From a virus (Duplodnaviria > Caudoviricetes), in IMG/VR virus record IMGVR_UViG_3300028196_000013, positions 1 through 60,887 of that record: 60,887 nucleotides of DNA; one strand, given 5' to 3'. A program made the translations under genes and the position numbers. Positions 9,999 to 20,283 of this stretch are shown piece by piece (within the stretch, counting starts at the first letter, position 1; every line of letters begins with the position of its first letter). The notes under the pieces are model-generated. The model worked only from the letters and a program-made list of their open reading frames with translations, was not told the origin of the DNA and did not search any database.

Positions 9999-10823
9999 AT
10001 GAGAGCCGCAATATACACCCGAGTAAGCACCACCGGCCAAGAATTAGATGGTCATTCTCTCGAAGAACAAGAGAGGCAATGTAAACAACTAATTGAATTC
10101 CAAGGAAACGAACTCGTGAAGATCTATTCCGATGTCGGCTCTGGTGGTTCGTTTGAAAACAGACCGGGGTATCGATTGATGTTGGAAGAGATGAACAAAG
10201 AATGGGATATCGTTTATGTTTGGAAGCTTGACCGGCTAAACAGAAATCTTCGGAACTCAATTCTGTTCTTTGAGACTCTTGGTGACAGAGACGCATACAT
10301 CTCTTGTATAACAGAGCAAGTTGACACTTCGAACCCTATGGGGCGGTTCATAATCAATATCATGTCTTCTCTCGCTCAAATGGAGAGGGAGCAGACAAGA
10401 GAGCGAGTGATAATGGGGAGTGAAGCCGCCAGGAGAGCAGGAAGGTGGACCGGTGGAGTTCCTTATGGGTATGAGATCCCAATTACCTTCGATTCGACAG
10501 GCAACCGCATTGAAAGGGGACTTTTGAAAAGACATTCACAAGAAGCACCTGTTGTTCAAAAGATATTTGAATTGAGGGCTACGGGGTGCAAGGTCTCTAC
10601 AATTTGTAACATGCTGGTTGAAAGCGGAACTCGAACTCGGCATGGAAATTTAATTTGGAATCAAAACACTGTGACCGGAATTTTGAATCGTTACGACCTG
10701 TATGTTCGCGGGCACAACCAACAAAGTCAAGCATTGTGGGAGCCAATCGTATTCTTGACCGAGGGCGAAGCCAATAGAATATTGAAATCATTAGGCAGAG
10801 AACCTGTTTCAGAAGAAGAATGA
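9999..10823 (+). CDS. Serine recombinase (resolvase domain plus recombinase domain)
   Basis: YTRVST catalytic Ser, SG...RPG, KLDRLNR, GGVPYGY; GAGGAGG SD. Confidence 0.93.
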   Translation: MRAAIYTRVSTTGQELDGHSLEEQERQCKQLIEFQGNELVKIYSDVGSGGSFENRPGYRLMLEEMNKEWDIVYVWKLDRLNRNLRNSILFFETLGDRDAYISCITEQVDTSNPMGRFIINIMSSLAQMEREQTRERVIMGSEAARRAGRWTGGVPYGYEIPITFDSTGNRIERGLLKRHSQEAPVVQKIFELRATGCKVSTICNMLVESGTRTRHGNLIWNQNTVTGILNRYDLYVRGHNQQSQALWEPIVFLTEGEANRILKSLGREPVSEEE

Positions 10824-11092
10824 CCAAAAGGGTGAGACGCATGAGACGGAATAAGATGAGGCCAGAAGTGATTGCTGGAATGACTGTTGGTTTCTTATCT
10901 TCCATATGGAATCTAACCGTAGGAGGCACAGTATGGGAGTCAATCGGACTGTTTCTTATCCTCGGCGCTTTAATCGAGTGGCTGGGATCAATCTTTTTGA
11001 AAAGAAGTCACGACCTCACCCAAGAAGATATTTACAAGCAAATGCTGGCGCTTCGAGAAAAAATACGAGGATTTGATGACGATGAAGGATGA
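10820..11092 (+). CDS. Two-TM membrane protein
   Basis: Two hydrophobic segments; ATGA overlap with the recombinase. Confidence 0.6.
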   Translation: MTKRVRRMRRNKMRPEVIAGMTVGFLSSIWNLTVGGTVWESIGLFLILGALIEWLGSIFLKRSHDLTQEDIYKQMLALREKIRGFDDDEG

Positions 11093-11537
11093 GGAAATTA
11101 CTTCTTATTGGGCTGTAAATTTGACCCGAATGGGCAGCAAGCATAGTGCGCATGATTACAGGGAAAAGTTTCACTCATGGCGCAATGAATCAGGAGCGAG
11201 ATGCTATGAATTACTTTTGCCGTTGCTCGGCACAGGTGTAGCTTTTGGCCCCTTCGACGCAGAAAAGAATGCCCTCGCCATGGCCGCATCCGACCTCATT
11301 GAAGAAAAGGATTTCTTTGGGGATCGTTGGGCAATCATAGAAGGAGTTTCCAGCATTAGTACGGATTTCTTCAAGCCTCGAGCCAATGAGTCCAGGGTGT
11401 ATGTCTGCAGCGACCAGAAATGTGACGGTGTTCAACGGTTCAAGGGGTCTTGCTCCAAATGCAAATTCTCCGGAAAAGAACTTGTACCAACTCGAGAGAT
11501 TCGTGACTGGGACGGTAGATTGGAGGGGAGATTATGA
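11073..11537 (+). CDS. Hypothetical protein with C-terminal Zn ribbon
   Basis: CxxxxC...CxxC near the C-terminus. Confidence 0.55.
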   Translation: MMTMKDEEITSYWAVNLTRMGSKHSAHDYREKFHSWRNESGARCYELLLPLLGTGVAFGPFDAEKNALAMAASDLIEEKDFFGDRWAIIEGVSSISTDFFKPRANESRVYVCSDQKCDGVQRFKGSCSKCKFSGKELVPTREIRDWDGRLEGRL

Positions 11538-11704
11538 TCCGTACAATTGAGAATTCTCGGAAACTTATTTTCGGGCGAATCGGCATACTATTGTTGGGGG
11601 CAGGTATGTACCTGTCCGTGATGAGCATCGGGCTGATGGGCGTAGCGATAACAACACTATTTGGAATCGACATTGTAATTACATTAAGGGAGGAATCTGT
11701 ATGA
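11534..11704 (+). CDS. Small membrane protein (56 aa, not in ORF track)
   Basis: MIRTIENSRKLIFGRIGILLLGAG...; GGAGGGG SD; ATGA overlaps at both ends. Confidence 0.55.
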   Translation: MIRTIENSRKLIFGRIGILLLGAGMYLSVMSIGLMGVAITTLFGIDIVITLREESV

Positions 11705-12306
11705 ATAAACCAAAGAAACTGAAAATGATAGACGACGATAAAGAACCGAAACCACAAAATATGTCACTTGATACCGACATCATGATTCAGAAAGCTACGC
11801 AAATTGTCACGAACCGCTACGAAAAAGAAATCAAAAGATTGAAAAGATTTCATGAAAAAGAGATGCAGACCCTTATTGACGGTAGAAAAACATTCAGAAA
11901 ACCACCTTTTTGGTCAAGAATGACACGACGCTACAAGGACATTTACATTTTATACAATCATCGTATGCCAGTTTATTGCCACCGTTCGGACTGCGAAACA
12001 GCAGGGTCAGGAGTTAATTGGGGGATGGAATGCATCTCGACCGATTTAGAAGAAATCATGCAAGCTGCGGATGAATATTTTTACGAGTGGAGGCACCATT
12101 CCGATTACGCTTCGATGAAAATCCTCCACTTGCAAGTTGATAGACGATCATCGAAGGGTGCAATTGTAAAAGATGTGACAATGCTATACAAAGATTGGAA
12201 TCCTGAAACAAAGAAACTGACAAAGGACAAGATTAGTGAAGTCACAGCAGATTCATCGATTGTCAACAGCCTCGTTGCTAACCGTCCGTCTTACAAGAAG
12301 CGATGA
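11701..12306 (+). CDS. Hypothetical protein
   Basis: 201 aa; GGAGG SD. Confidence 0.6.
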   Translation: MNKPKKLKMIDDDKEPKPQNMSLDTDIMIQKATQIVTNRYEKEIKRLKRFHEKEMQTLIDGRKTFRKPPFWSRMTRRYKDIYILYNHRMPVYCHRSDCETAGSGVNWGMECISTDLEEIMQAADEYFYEWRHHSDYASMKILHLQVDRRSSKGAIVKDVTMLYKDWNPETKKLTKDKISEVTADSSIVNSLVANRPSYKKR

Positions 12307-12314
12307 TTATACTC

Positions 12315-12620
12315 TCAATTCAACCCAGCGTAAATGATTGCCAATGGGAAGGCAGAGAAACCAATTGCACTCATTTTCCTGCGGTGTTTCTTAGATGAAT
12401 AGGCTGCATAAAGTCCGCCTAAACTAACGCCGGTTCCGAGAAGCAAAACGAGTTTTTCATTGCCGGACAACTTGTTGACTTGCTTCCCGACAACACTCCC
12501 AAGGGATCTGCCAAGTGAGGCAGGTGGAGCGCCAGGTGCAGAAGTCAAATTGCTGAAATTTACAGGGCCGTTTCCGACATCGAAAGATGGTACATTAAGA
12601 AAATCAGTCATATTACTCAA
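12315..12620 (-). CDS. Membrane protein
   Basis: Two hydrophobic segments at the C-terminus. Confidence 0.6.
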   Translation of the reverse strand: MSNMTDFLNVPSFDVGNGPVNFSNLTSAPGAPPASLGRSLGSVVGKQVNKLSGNEKLVLLLGTGVSLGGLYAAYSSKKHRRKMSAIGFSAFPLAIIYAGLN

Positions 12621-13132
12621 TCCTCGTTGTTCCCTGTGATTGCGTCTATTTCGCGGAACGCGTCGCTCACATCAAGTTGCAAATTAGCCAGTTTGAATCT
12701 CTCTTTCAGTCGGGAGTTGGCGAAATTGGCGGAAAATGCCATCAATCCTGCGCCCACTGCCATTTGCGTAGGATTAGGTTGAGGCTTTTTGGTAGCGCCT
12801 ACCAAAATTGAAGTTCCGCCGGCCCAGTATGCAGCTGTCTTGAACGGACTTGCTGCTGCAGATTCGAAAACCATTGCGGTGTAGCGGGCGATTCCATGCT
12901 GGTCCATTGGAATCTTTCTTTTGCCGCGGCCCTTGTTGAGTTGGCGTTGTAAATCTTTGGCTATCGGTTCGCTCAACATGGCAAGAGGGATTGCACCCAC
13001 AAATGATCCTACAATTGTGATTCCCAAAAGTTGCAAGAATTTGATAACCGGCTCGGGAGTTCGACTGAGGGGGTTCGTACCATAGTGGGCGTCGCCAAGA
13101 CCGGAACCGTTGAGACCAAGGTTTCGCTGCAC
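12617..13132 (-). CDS. Membrane protein
   Basis: Hydrophobic segments; GGAGGTGG SD. Confidence 0.6.
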   Translation of the reverse strand: MQRNLGLNGSGLGDAHYGTNPLSRTPEPVIKFLQLLGITIVGSFVGAIPLAMLSEPIAKDLQRQLNKGRGKRKIPMDQHGIARYTAMVFESAAASPFKTAAYWAGGTSILVGATKKPQPNPTQMAVGAGLMAFSANFANSRLKERFKLANLQLDVSDAFREIDAITGNNED

Positions 13133-13560
13133 TAACCCACCTCCACCAAGCGTCGCTCACCTTGCGTCCCAGATGTCGTGGCCGTGCTTTCAAAAGGATA
13201 TTGGTAACTCATTGGCGATAGGATGGCAAATGAGGCAAGCGCCCCAAAGGCCTGCAACAGTCCTCTTCTTCGTTGCCTTTTATTGGCTTCTTCCCCGCCA
13301 TCTTGGGATTTTAGAAAACTCCGTCCGGAGGCAAAAGCTAAACTTGTACCAACAACGCCAACGCCCAACGAAACAAGTGCATTATTTGAATCAACGCCCC
13401 ATCCAGTATTGGGCGCTGGCATTCCAACGGTGATTATATGCTGCATTACATTGTTTCCTGTCACAGTATTTTTGACGGGCTTGTACCAAGATGAGCCTAA
13501 ACTCCTTTCTACGCCTTTTGCTTCTTTTATGATCTTTATTGCCTGATTTGTCGATACCAT
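13132..13560 (-). CDS. Membrane protein
   Basis: Two hydrophobic segments; AGGTG SD. Confidence 0.6.
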   Translation of the reverse strand: MVSTNQAIKIIKEAKGVERSLGSSWYKPVKNTVTGNNVMQHIITVGMPAPNTGWGVDSNNALVSLGVGVVGTSLAFASGRSFLKSQDGGEEANKRQRRRGLLQAFGALASFAILSPMSYQYPFESTATTSGTQGERRLVEVG

Positions 13561-13569
13561 ATTTTACAC

Positions 13570-13848
13570 CTACAGTTTTCCATAAACGCCGAATGCTCCG
13601 GCGACAAACACCATGAATCCAATTACTGCGAGCATCAACCCATCGGGTGTTAAGGAATCACCTGCAGTAATGATAAGGAACAGCCCAACGATGAAACATG
13701 CAATCATTTGAATAACAATTACATGCTTTATGACCGATGCTCGAGGGTTGAACCATTCATTCATCAAATTAGAAACAGACAAGTTTTCCTCGCCTTGAGG
13801 TTTTGCGATGCTGTTCAAAATATCTTCAATGTCTTTCTTTTCGCCCAT
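13570..13848 (-). CDS. Two-TM membrane protein
   Basis: Two strong TM segments; GGTGA SD. Confidence 0.65.
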   Translation of the reverse strand: MGEKKDIEDILNSIAKPQGEENLSVSNLMNEWFNPRASVIKHVIVIQMIACFIVGLFLIITAGDSLTPDGLMLAVIGFMVFVAGAFGVYGKL

Positions 13849-13852
13849 TTAA

Positions 13853-14578
13853 TCACCGGCCTGGAGGTGGAGGCGGCATGCCTCCTTGTTGAACTGGTGG
13901 AACAGGGACTCCTGCTGTACGAAGTCCAAAATTGATAACTGAGGACATGACTCCTGGCCCCCTCTTTTGGCCTCCGGCAGCTTCGTCCAGCAATTGTGAA
14001 ATGCCTCCTTGCTGTGCGATGATTTTCGCAGCCTCTCTGTGAGAGGTAAGCGTGTGGTTTGCCGATTGCAACAGTTCATTTTGAAGGGTTTGAGTGATAG
14101 AATTTAGATCGGTAGAAACTTCTGCCATGGTTGTCGAAATAAGTTCCTTGCCTCGCTCGGTATCTTGTTCGAGAGCGGGTGCTATGTGCATTGCACCCGC
14201 CTCATCTTGAACAATGGAAAGTTTGAAGTCTTTGAAAAAAGACACAAGTTTGTAATCCATCATGGTCGAAAAGAATTGGGCCAAAACCTGCAATCCAATC
14301 ATGCCACTGTGACCCCCAGTTAGGAATCGAGCGACAGGAGATGCCGAACGAACTATGTCGGAAAATATGTCGATTTCAGAGGGATTGCCATCGCGGTATC
14401 CAAGCTCTTGGAAAATCATCGCAGCGGTTTGTTGTGAATATCGTGGATCATATTGCTGGCCTCCATATTGTTGTTGTTGTCCGTAAGGATTGCCCATCGG
14501 CGGTGCCGGGGCAGTCGAGGGTATGAAACCGTTCGACTGTGCAGGTTTGTCGTTTCTTGAAAGGAATGAATCGGCCAT
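13853..14578 (-). CDS. Pro/Gln-rich hypothetical protein
   Basis: Likely start MADSF at 14578 (GGAG SD); low-complexity Q/P termini. Confidence 0.6.
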   Translation of the reverse strand: MADSFLSRNDKPAQSNGFIPSTAPAPPMGNPYGQQQQYGGQQYDPRYSQQTAAMIFQELGYRDGNPSEIDIFSDIVRSASPVARFLTGGHSGMIGLQVLAQFFSTMMDYKLVSFFKDFKLSIVQDEAGAMHIAPALEQDTERGKELISTTMAEVSTDLNSITQTLQNELLQSANHTLTSHREAAKIIAQQGGISQLLDEAAGGQKRGPGVMSSVINFGLRTAGVPVPPVQQGGMPPPPPGR

Positions 14579-14591
14579 AACATTAACTCCG

Positions 14592-15377
14592 CTATTGTGT
14601 CTCCGAAGCGGTTCCATCGCTTGAGGCTTCCGCATATTCGGCTTCCATCATGCGCATGATTCTCAAGTCCAGATAAATGCCGCAAAAGTCAACTTCATTG
14701 GTATTAGGGTTTGGAAACTCCTGAATGTAAACACCCTTGCCTACATGTTCCTGCAATACCTTGAAGAACGGGTCAAGGACTTCAACAACGGCGGGTTTCT
14801 TTGCCTTCTTCGGAGGTTCGGTGATTGGAATCATTTTGATTCTTCTTCTCTTCCAAAGCCAAAGTGATCTTTCCCCAATCGAGTCCATATGCTGTTGTTG
14901 CTTCCATTGGCTGTAAAGCCAATAAAGCATCAACAACTCAGGGCAGTAGCCAGAACGCAATGAATAGCCACTGTCGATATTTGAAAGTCCTGTGAATGCC
15001 ACTCGCTGCCCAGTCAAAGAATCGGTGAAGAAATGACCAGCCAAAGTTTTCCCGTTTTCCATAGGGTCGTAGGTGTCGGGGTGCAGGAGAGGTTTGTTGT
15101 AAGCTTCAGGGCCCAATGAAGAGAGCCGTATTCCGGTGACACAGCATTGACCAGGTTCGTTATATTGCAACCATCCCCACTTTCGTCGGGGCTTTAGAAT
15201 CCTCTTTGCGTTTGCAATATTCTTTTTTCGACGCTTGGTTGGATCGGGGTCTCTGTCAAAATCAAATTTCACTTGGCCGTAATAGCTGACCGCTTCATTT
15301 GCGTCGTTCATGAACCTGCGAGGCGTTTCAACCGATTCAATGCTTCGCTTGTAGTAAATCCCATATTGTTGCTTCAC
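14592..15377 (-). CDS. Hypothetical protein
   Basis: 261 aa ORF following the GTPase; start uncertain. Confidence 0.6.
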   Translation of the reverse strand: MKQQYGIYYKRSIESVETPRRFMNDANEAVSYYGQVKFDFDRDPDPTKRRKKNIANAKRILKPRRKWGWLQYNEPGQCCVTGIRLSSLGPEAYNKPLLHPDTYDPMENGKTLAGHFFTDSLTGQRVAFTGLSNIDSGYSLRSGYCPELLMLYWLYSQWKQQQHMDSIGERSLWLWKRRRIKMIPITEPPKKAKKPAVVEVLDPFFKVLQEHVGKGVYIQEFPNPNTNEVDFCGIYLDLRIMRMMEAEYAEASSDGTASETQ

Positions 15378-16086
15378 ATTGCCAGTTTCTAAGCGCAGAC
15401 ATCGACCTCTTTATCGTCGGTATCATGCGGCTTTGAAGCCTCGCCAGGTCGACTTTGAATGGATCAAAAATAGGATGGTCGTTCATCCTTAAAGTGCCCC
15501 AATGATGTTCCCACGCATCGTCCAACCACACATCCGCTTTGTTCGCCACCAAACCTACTACTTTTGGTTGGTAATTTCTGGCCTTTTTGAGAAGTTTCTT
15601 ATCCGTAAAGGGGTACTCATTTTTCACGATACAGTCTACAAATTGCTTGAATATGTCCTGCTGTATGGTGTCTTTTGGATTTCTCATGTGCCTGTGGTCC
15701 ACGAGAAATATTACTACCTCTACTTGACGATTAACCATATCTTCAAACCATAAATCAAAGTATTTGGGATGCCCTCCTATGTCAGTCGAAATCATAGTAC
15801 GATTATTAGTTCGTAATGTCTGAGTGTTCTGCAATGCAATACGCTTTCTCGTGGCAGGTGGTGGCAAATACCTTCCCGTATCGGGGTCGAAAGGATGAGT
15901 TGTTGAGGTGTCAAAATCACTGGCATCTAATTCTTCCAGCTCTCCAGTGGTTGATAGTTGTCTTGACAGGGTCGTTTTTCCGACACCAAATACGCCATAA
16001 CAGCCGTATGAGTGTGTTTTCCATGTGTCCCACAGGTGCTTCAAATACAGGAAACCGCCGTAGGCTACGGCAACCTCGAATGTCAT
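15337..16086 (-). CDS. Small GTPase (Ras/Arf superfamily-like)
   Basis: G1 GVFGVGKT, G3 DIGG, G4 NKAD, G5-like SAL. Confidence 0.85.
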   Translation of the reverse strand: MTFEVAVAYGGFLYLKHLWDTWKTHSYGCYGVFGVGKTTLSRQLSTTGELEELDASDFDTSTTHPFDPDTGRYLPPPATRKRIALQNTQTLRTNNRTMISTDIGGHPKYFDLWFEDMVNRQVEVVIFLVDHRHMRNPKDTIQQDIFKQFVDCIVKNEYPFTDKKLLKKARNYQPKVVGLVANKADVWLDDAWEHHWGTLRMNDHPIFDPFKVDLARLQSRMIPTIKRSMSALRNWQCEATIWDLLQAKH

Positions 16087-16087
16087 T

Positions 16088-16858
<771 letters not shown>

Positions 16859-16888
16859 GGAACTCGCAGGTGCTTCAACCGTATAAAA

Positions 16889-17095
16889 TCACAGATTGAA
16901 AAGCCACCCAATCAAGGAAAAATCAAAGAAATACTCTGCTCCGGACAATGTCGCAGCGGTGAGGACGGATGAACCAACAGAATAGCTAATCAACTGTAAG
17001 CGAAACCAACGCATGTCCCATTTATTTTTTTCATGGAAGGCAAGGGCCATTGTTTCAATGGCTCTATCCCCTTCGCTTGGAAATAGTGATGCCAC
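16889..17095 (-). CDS. Small membrane protein
   Basis: 68 aa; hydrophobic C-terminal half; GAGGTGA SD. Confidence 0.55.
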   Translation of the reverse strand: MASLFPSEGDRAIETMALAFHEKNKWDMRWFRLQLISYSVGSSVLTAATLSGAEYFFDFSLIGWLFNL

Positions 17096-17099
17096 CGAA

Positions 17100-17612
17100 T
17101 CACCTCATTGATTCAAGTCCAGGGATAAGTCCACCGCCGTAGTCCTCTGCTGGTTGGGCTGTATCGAGTTTGTCTTGTTGATCTTTCATGGCTGACATCA
17201 ATGCTCGCCTTTGTCCTTCCATTTCGAGGCTCATCTGGAACTTTTGGAGTTCAGCATTCATCTTCTTCATCGAGCGTCTGCTTTGAGTCATCATTGATTG
17301 AATGTATGTTTGGTCTTCCATTCTTTCTTGGAAGAATACTTTGTAGAGCATGAAACTAACCATCTGGACAAATGTGGCGGCCATCATGTAAAGGCCGCCA
17401 ATCTTGAACCAGTTCTCTTCTTGAGGGAACCATAAGCCTTGCTGGTGAATAGATACCGCAGCCCCAATTAGGAAACTGTTCACGAACAAAAGCGTGAAAA
17501 TTCGAAGCGTGTTGAAATCGGATTGTTCTCCGCCCATGTCAACGGCGAGGGAGTTTGACCGTTTGAATGTATCAGTTGACGGAACCAAGTAATCTGTGAG
17601 CGAGGCCGACAC
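17100..17612 (-). CDS. Two-TM protein with coiled-coil-like C-terminus
   Basis: Two TM segments followed by a Q/M/K-rich helix. Confidence 0.6.
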   Translation of the reverse strand: MSASLTDYLVPSTDTFKRSNSLAVDMGGEQSDFNTLRIFTLLFVNSFLIGAAVSIHQQGLWFPQEENWFKIGGLYMMAATFVQMVSFMLYKVFFQERMEDQTYIQSMMTQSRRSMKKMNAELQKFQMSLEMEGQRRALMSAMKDQQDKLDTAQPAEDYGGGLIPGLESMR

Positions 17613-18207
17613 CTACAGCCGAGGAGGCGAGGCCGACATGCAAAGCTGTCATTGTATCGGGCGAAGCACCTACTAAGATGGGAATTCCAACAATCGCTCC
17701 GATGCCTCCTGCGACAATAGCGGGGCCCTTTTGGAATGATGGTGCGACTTCGCTCCAGTCAAGGCCAGCCAGCCCAGCACCCAGAAGACCCAACAATACA
17801 ACGCCTCCACCTGTCATGGCCCGGTAAAAGGGATCTTCAACAACAGGCGCAGGCTCTTCTGCCCGAGTCGAATTGGCAGCAACTGAGGCAGCAACACCAG
17901 CAACTGCGCCGGCTACCGCAGTTGCGGTACGGCCTTCCTTGGAGTCTCCCAATTTAATCCCCCCATCTTCTAACATATTAGCCAGCAATACTCCAGCGAT
18001 ACCCCCGGCGAGGCCGTAGGCTACGGAATCAGTGACAGCTCCACTCCTGGACGGGAGAATGGCAAAACCCATGTTTGGGTTGGTCAAACCGTAATTCATT
18101 GGTTTCAGTTGACTTACTCTCTTCATTCGAGATCTGTGGGTCTCACCGACTCTTTGATTGCCTAAGATGTTGTAATTGTCCTTTCCTATGTGGCTTGCAG
18201 GTATCAT
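17572..18207 (-). CDS. Gly/Ala-rich multi-TM membrane protein
   Basis: Several GxxxG-type hydrophobic segments. Confidence 0.6.
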   Translation of the reverse strand: MIPASHIGKDNYNILGNQRVGETHRSRMKRVSQLKPMNYGLTNPNMGFAILPSRSGAVTDSVAYGLAGGIAGVLLANMLEDGGIKLGDSKEGRTATAVAGAVAGVAASVAANSTRAEEPAPVVEDPFYRAMTGGGVVLLGLLGAGLAGLDWSEVAPSFQKGPAIVAGGIGAIVGIPILVGASPDTMTALHVGLASSAVGVGLAHRLLGSVN

Positions 18208-18659
18208 TCTAAATCCTCCATTCGTGTCAAATCATCCAATTCCGTTTGTAATTGGTCAAGACTTTTTTCTTCTGGCTGTTGCTCTTCATCTATGTCGGCG
18301 TCACCAGTCCAGTCATCATCCTCTTCTAAAACAATCTCGTGGAGTGCGTTTGCAGACATGCGCATGGTTGGATAAACTGGTACGGCAGAAACGCACCGGT
18401 AATGGTAACTAATGCCTGTGTAAGCGGACCGCCTTGTGATTCTTACGACCGAATCAATCGGCCATCGTGCTGATACTCCTTTTGGCCTTGGAACGCAAGC
18501 ACCAAGCAAAGCAGGATCGTCAATGCCGATGAGCGGCAACGCCGATGTTTCGATTTTACCGTCGATTACCAGGCCGAAAGGCTGTAATTCTTGAATGGCT
18601 TCTTGGTCAGTCAGGACCTCGTGCATTGGCACGAGTGCATGATTTAAGACTCCCGCCAT
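18204..18659 (-). CDS. rpo5: RNA polymerase subunit Rpo5/RpoH (RPB5 C-terminal) homolog with insertions and acidic tail
   Basis: HALVPMHEVL, LPLIGIDDP, VVRITRRS..TGISYHYRCV match the Rpo5 consensus. Confidence 0.85.
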   Translation of the reverse strand: MAGVLNHALVPMHEVLTDQEAIQELQPFGLVIDGKIETSALPLIGIDDPALLGACVPRPKGVSARWPIDSVVRITRRSAYTGISYHYRCVSAVPVYPTMRMSANALHEIVLEEDDDWTGDADIDEEQQPEEKSLDQLQTELDDLTRMEDLE

Positions 18660-18697
18660 AGCAATGCCAAGAGGTTTTATCAATTGAAGATGCCGAT

Positions 18698-18856
18698 TCA
18701 CTCGCTGGAATCAGCTTCGAGAATCTTTGCACCCAAGGCCACAAGAGATTCGTATGTGTGGACAACTTGAGATTCTGGTACTTCGTGCTTGAGTACGACT
18801 TCGTTTCCGGCTGCGTTCTTGAATGCATAGACAACTTCGATATTGGTTTGGCGCAT
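18698..18856 (-). CDS. Small hypothetical protein (52 aa, not in ORF track)
   Basis: MRQTNIEVVYAFKNAAG...; TATA-like TTAAAA about 25 bp upstream. Confidence 0.45.
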   Translation of the reverse strand: MRQTNIEVVYAFKNAAGNEVVLKHEVPESQVVHTYESLVALGAKILEADSSE

Positions 18857-18897
18857 GAATCAAGTCAAGGGTTTCAGCCTTTTAATGGGTGCGTCGT

Positions 18898-19581
18898 TTA
18901 ATTTTTCCACCACTTGCTTTTTTTGGCAACCTTTTTGTCCCTACGCAATGGATTGTCGGACTCATCTGCCTCGCTCATGGCTTCTTTGTTTGTCCATTCG
19001 TAAAATCGGGTCATTATTTCTGTCCGTTCGAGTGGTCTCACGCCGTAGCCTAATATGTCCCATCCTGTATCGAGGCAATAATACTGCAATGGTCGGTAAA
19101 ATGCTTCCAAGGCTATTGCAAACCTCGCCTTTGCAAGAAGTTCCTCGTTCTGTTCTCCTTGTTTCAAATGCTCTTCGATTTCTTGTCGAATCTTTTGCTG
19201 ATCCAACTCGGGCGGGTGCTTGTAGGTGACTTTTGCTTTGCCTGTTACGGCATCAACACCCTCGTAATATTGCCCAGTTCCGCAGGAAGGACATGACAAG
19301 AAACGACTGTGTACGACCCCCGAACCGTCTTTGGTTGGCATCGTAAGAAACTCCTCTTTGATTTCTTCGCTGCCACAAGCTAAACAAGGAGGGTGTTTCT
19401 CTCCACGCTTTACTTCAATGTCGTCCATGGACCCACATTGAATCATAATGGGCCATTCTGGTTCATCTACAATTTTCTTGCATATTGGGCAAGCGTCTTT
19501 CCATGCATCAAAAGCTAATGATTGATCGTGTTTCACCATGTTTATCTCTCCGAATTTATTTTTCCTAAAGACTTGTTCCAC
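18898..19581 (-). CDS. Zn-binding hypothetical protein
   Basis: CPIC, CLAC, CPSC. Confidence 0.6.
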   Translation of the reverse strand: MEQVFRKNKFGEINMVKHDQSLAFDAWKDACPICKKIVDEPEWPIMIQCGSMDDIEVKRGEKHPPCLACGSEEIKEEFLTMPTKDGSGVVHSRFLSCPSCGTGQYYEGVDAVTGKAKVTYKHPPELDQQKIRQEIEEHLKQGEQNEELLAKARFAIALEAFYRPLQYYCLDTGWDILGYGVRPLERTEIMTRFYEWTNKEAMSEADESDNPLRRDKKVAKKSKWWKN

Positions 19582-20282
19582 ACAATAAGTGCATCATTGC
19601 GCCACTTGAGTTGGCCGTAAACGAACGCATTGTGTGTAAAATCTGCCTTTGCTTGAATACTTTCATGTCTCTCGTCCTTTTGACACTTTACTTGAGCGGT
19701 CGGTAGCCACGCCATCGCACACCCGTCGAGGAAGAGCCTACGCCCGAAATCGCAATCCTCCCACCCGTAAACACCGTCATAGGAACTATCAAATCCACCG
19801 ATTCGTCGCCATGCCGATTTCAAAAAACCCATGTGCATGCCGTAATAGTGCGATGCAATCCACTTGCCATTCGCTGCATTAGGATTTCCGTATCGACTGT
19901 CCGAGTGTGCTGCGAGGCGACCGTTGAGTGTGTACGAACCCGCCACGGCATCAAAGCCGAGTTCTCCCGCTTTGGAATGAATATTGAGGACCTTGGCATC
20001 GATGGTCGTCAAATCGTCTATGCAAACAATCCATTCTCCTGACGCAGCGGCAATCCCCATATTCCTTGCAGAAGCAGGGCAAGGTCCATGCCCAGTGTCT
20101 TTCAAATGAATGAAGTCTATTCCAAGCTGAGCCATTGCCTGTTCCCAGTGTTCGTTTCGAGAATCCTTCAAGGCGTCGACATAAACCAACTCAATGTCCT
20201 TGGCCCCCTGTAAGGACTTTACCAATTCAACGAAACCGGGCTCCTTTCTGGCAGTAATAACGACTACTGAAATTTTAAGCAT
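19542..20282 (-). CDS. Glycosyltransferase, GT-A fold (GT2-like)
   Basis: ISVVVIT start, ARNMG, CIDD, IGGFD..YGWEDCD. Confidence 0.88.
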   Translation of the reverse strand: MLKISVVVITARKEPGFVELVKSLQGAKDIELVYVDALKDSRNEHWEQAMAQLGIDFIHLKDTGHGPCPASARNMGIAAASGEWIVCIDDLTTIDAKVLNIHSKAGELGFDAVAGSYTLNGRLAAHSDSRYGNPNAANGKWIASHYYGMHMGFLKSAWRRIGGFDSSYDGVYGWEDCDFGRRLFLDGCAMAWLPTAQVKCQKDERHESIQAKADFTHNAFVYGQLKWRNDALIVWNKSLGKINSER

Positions 20283-20283
20283 A

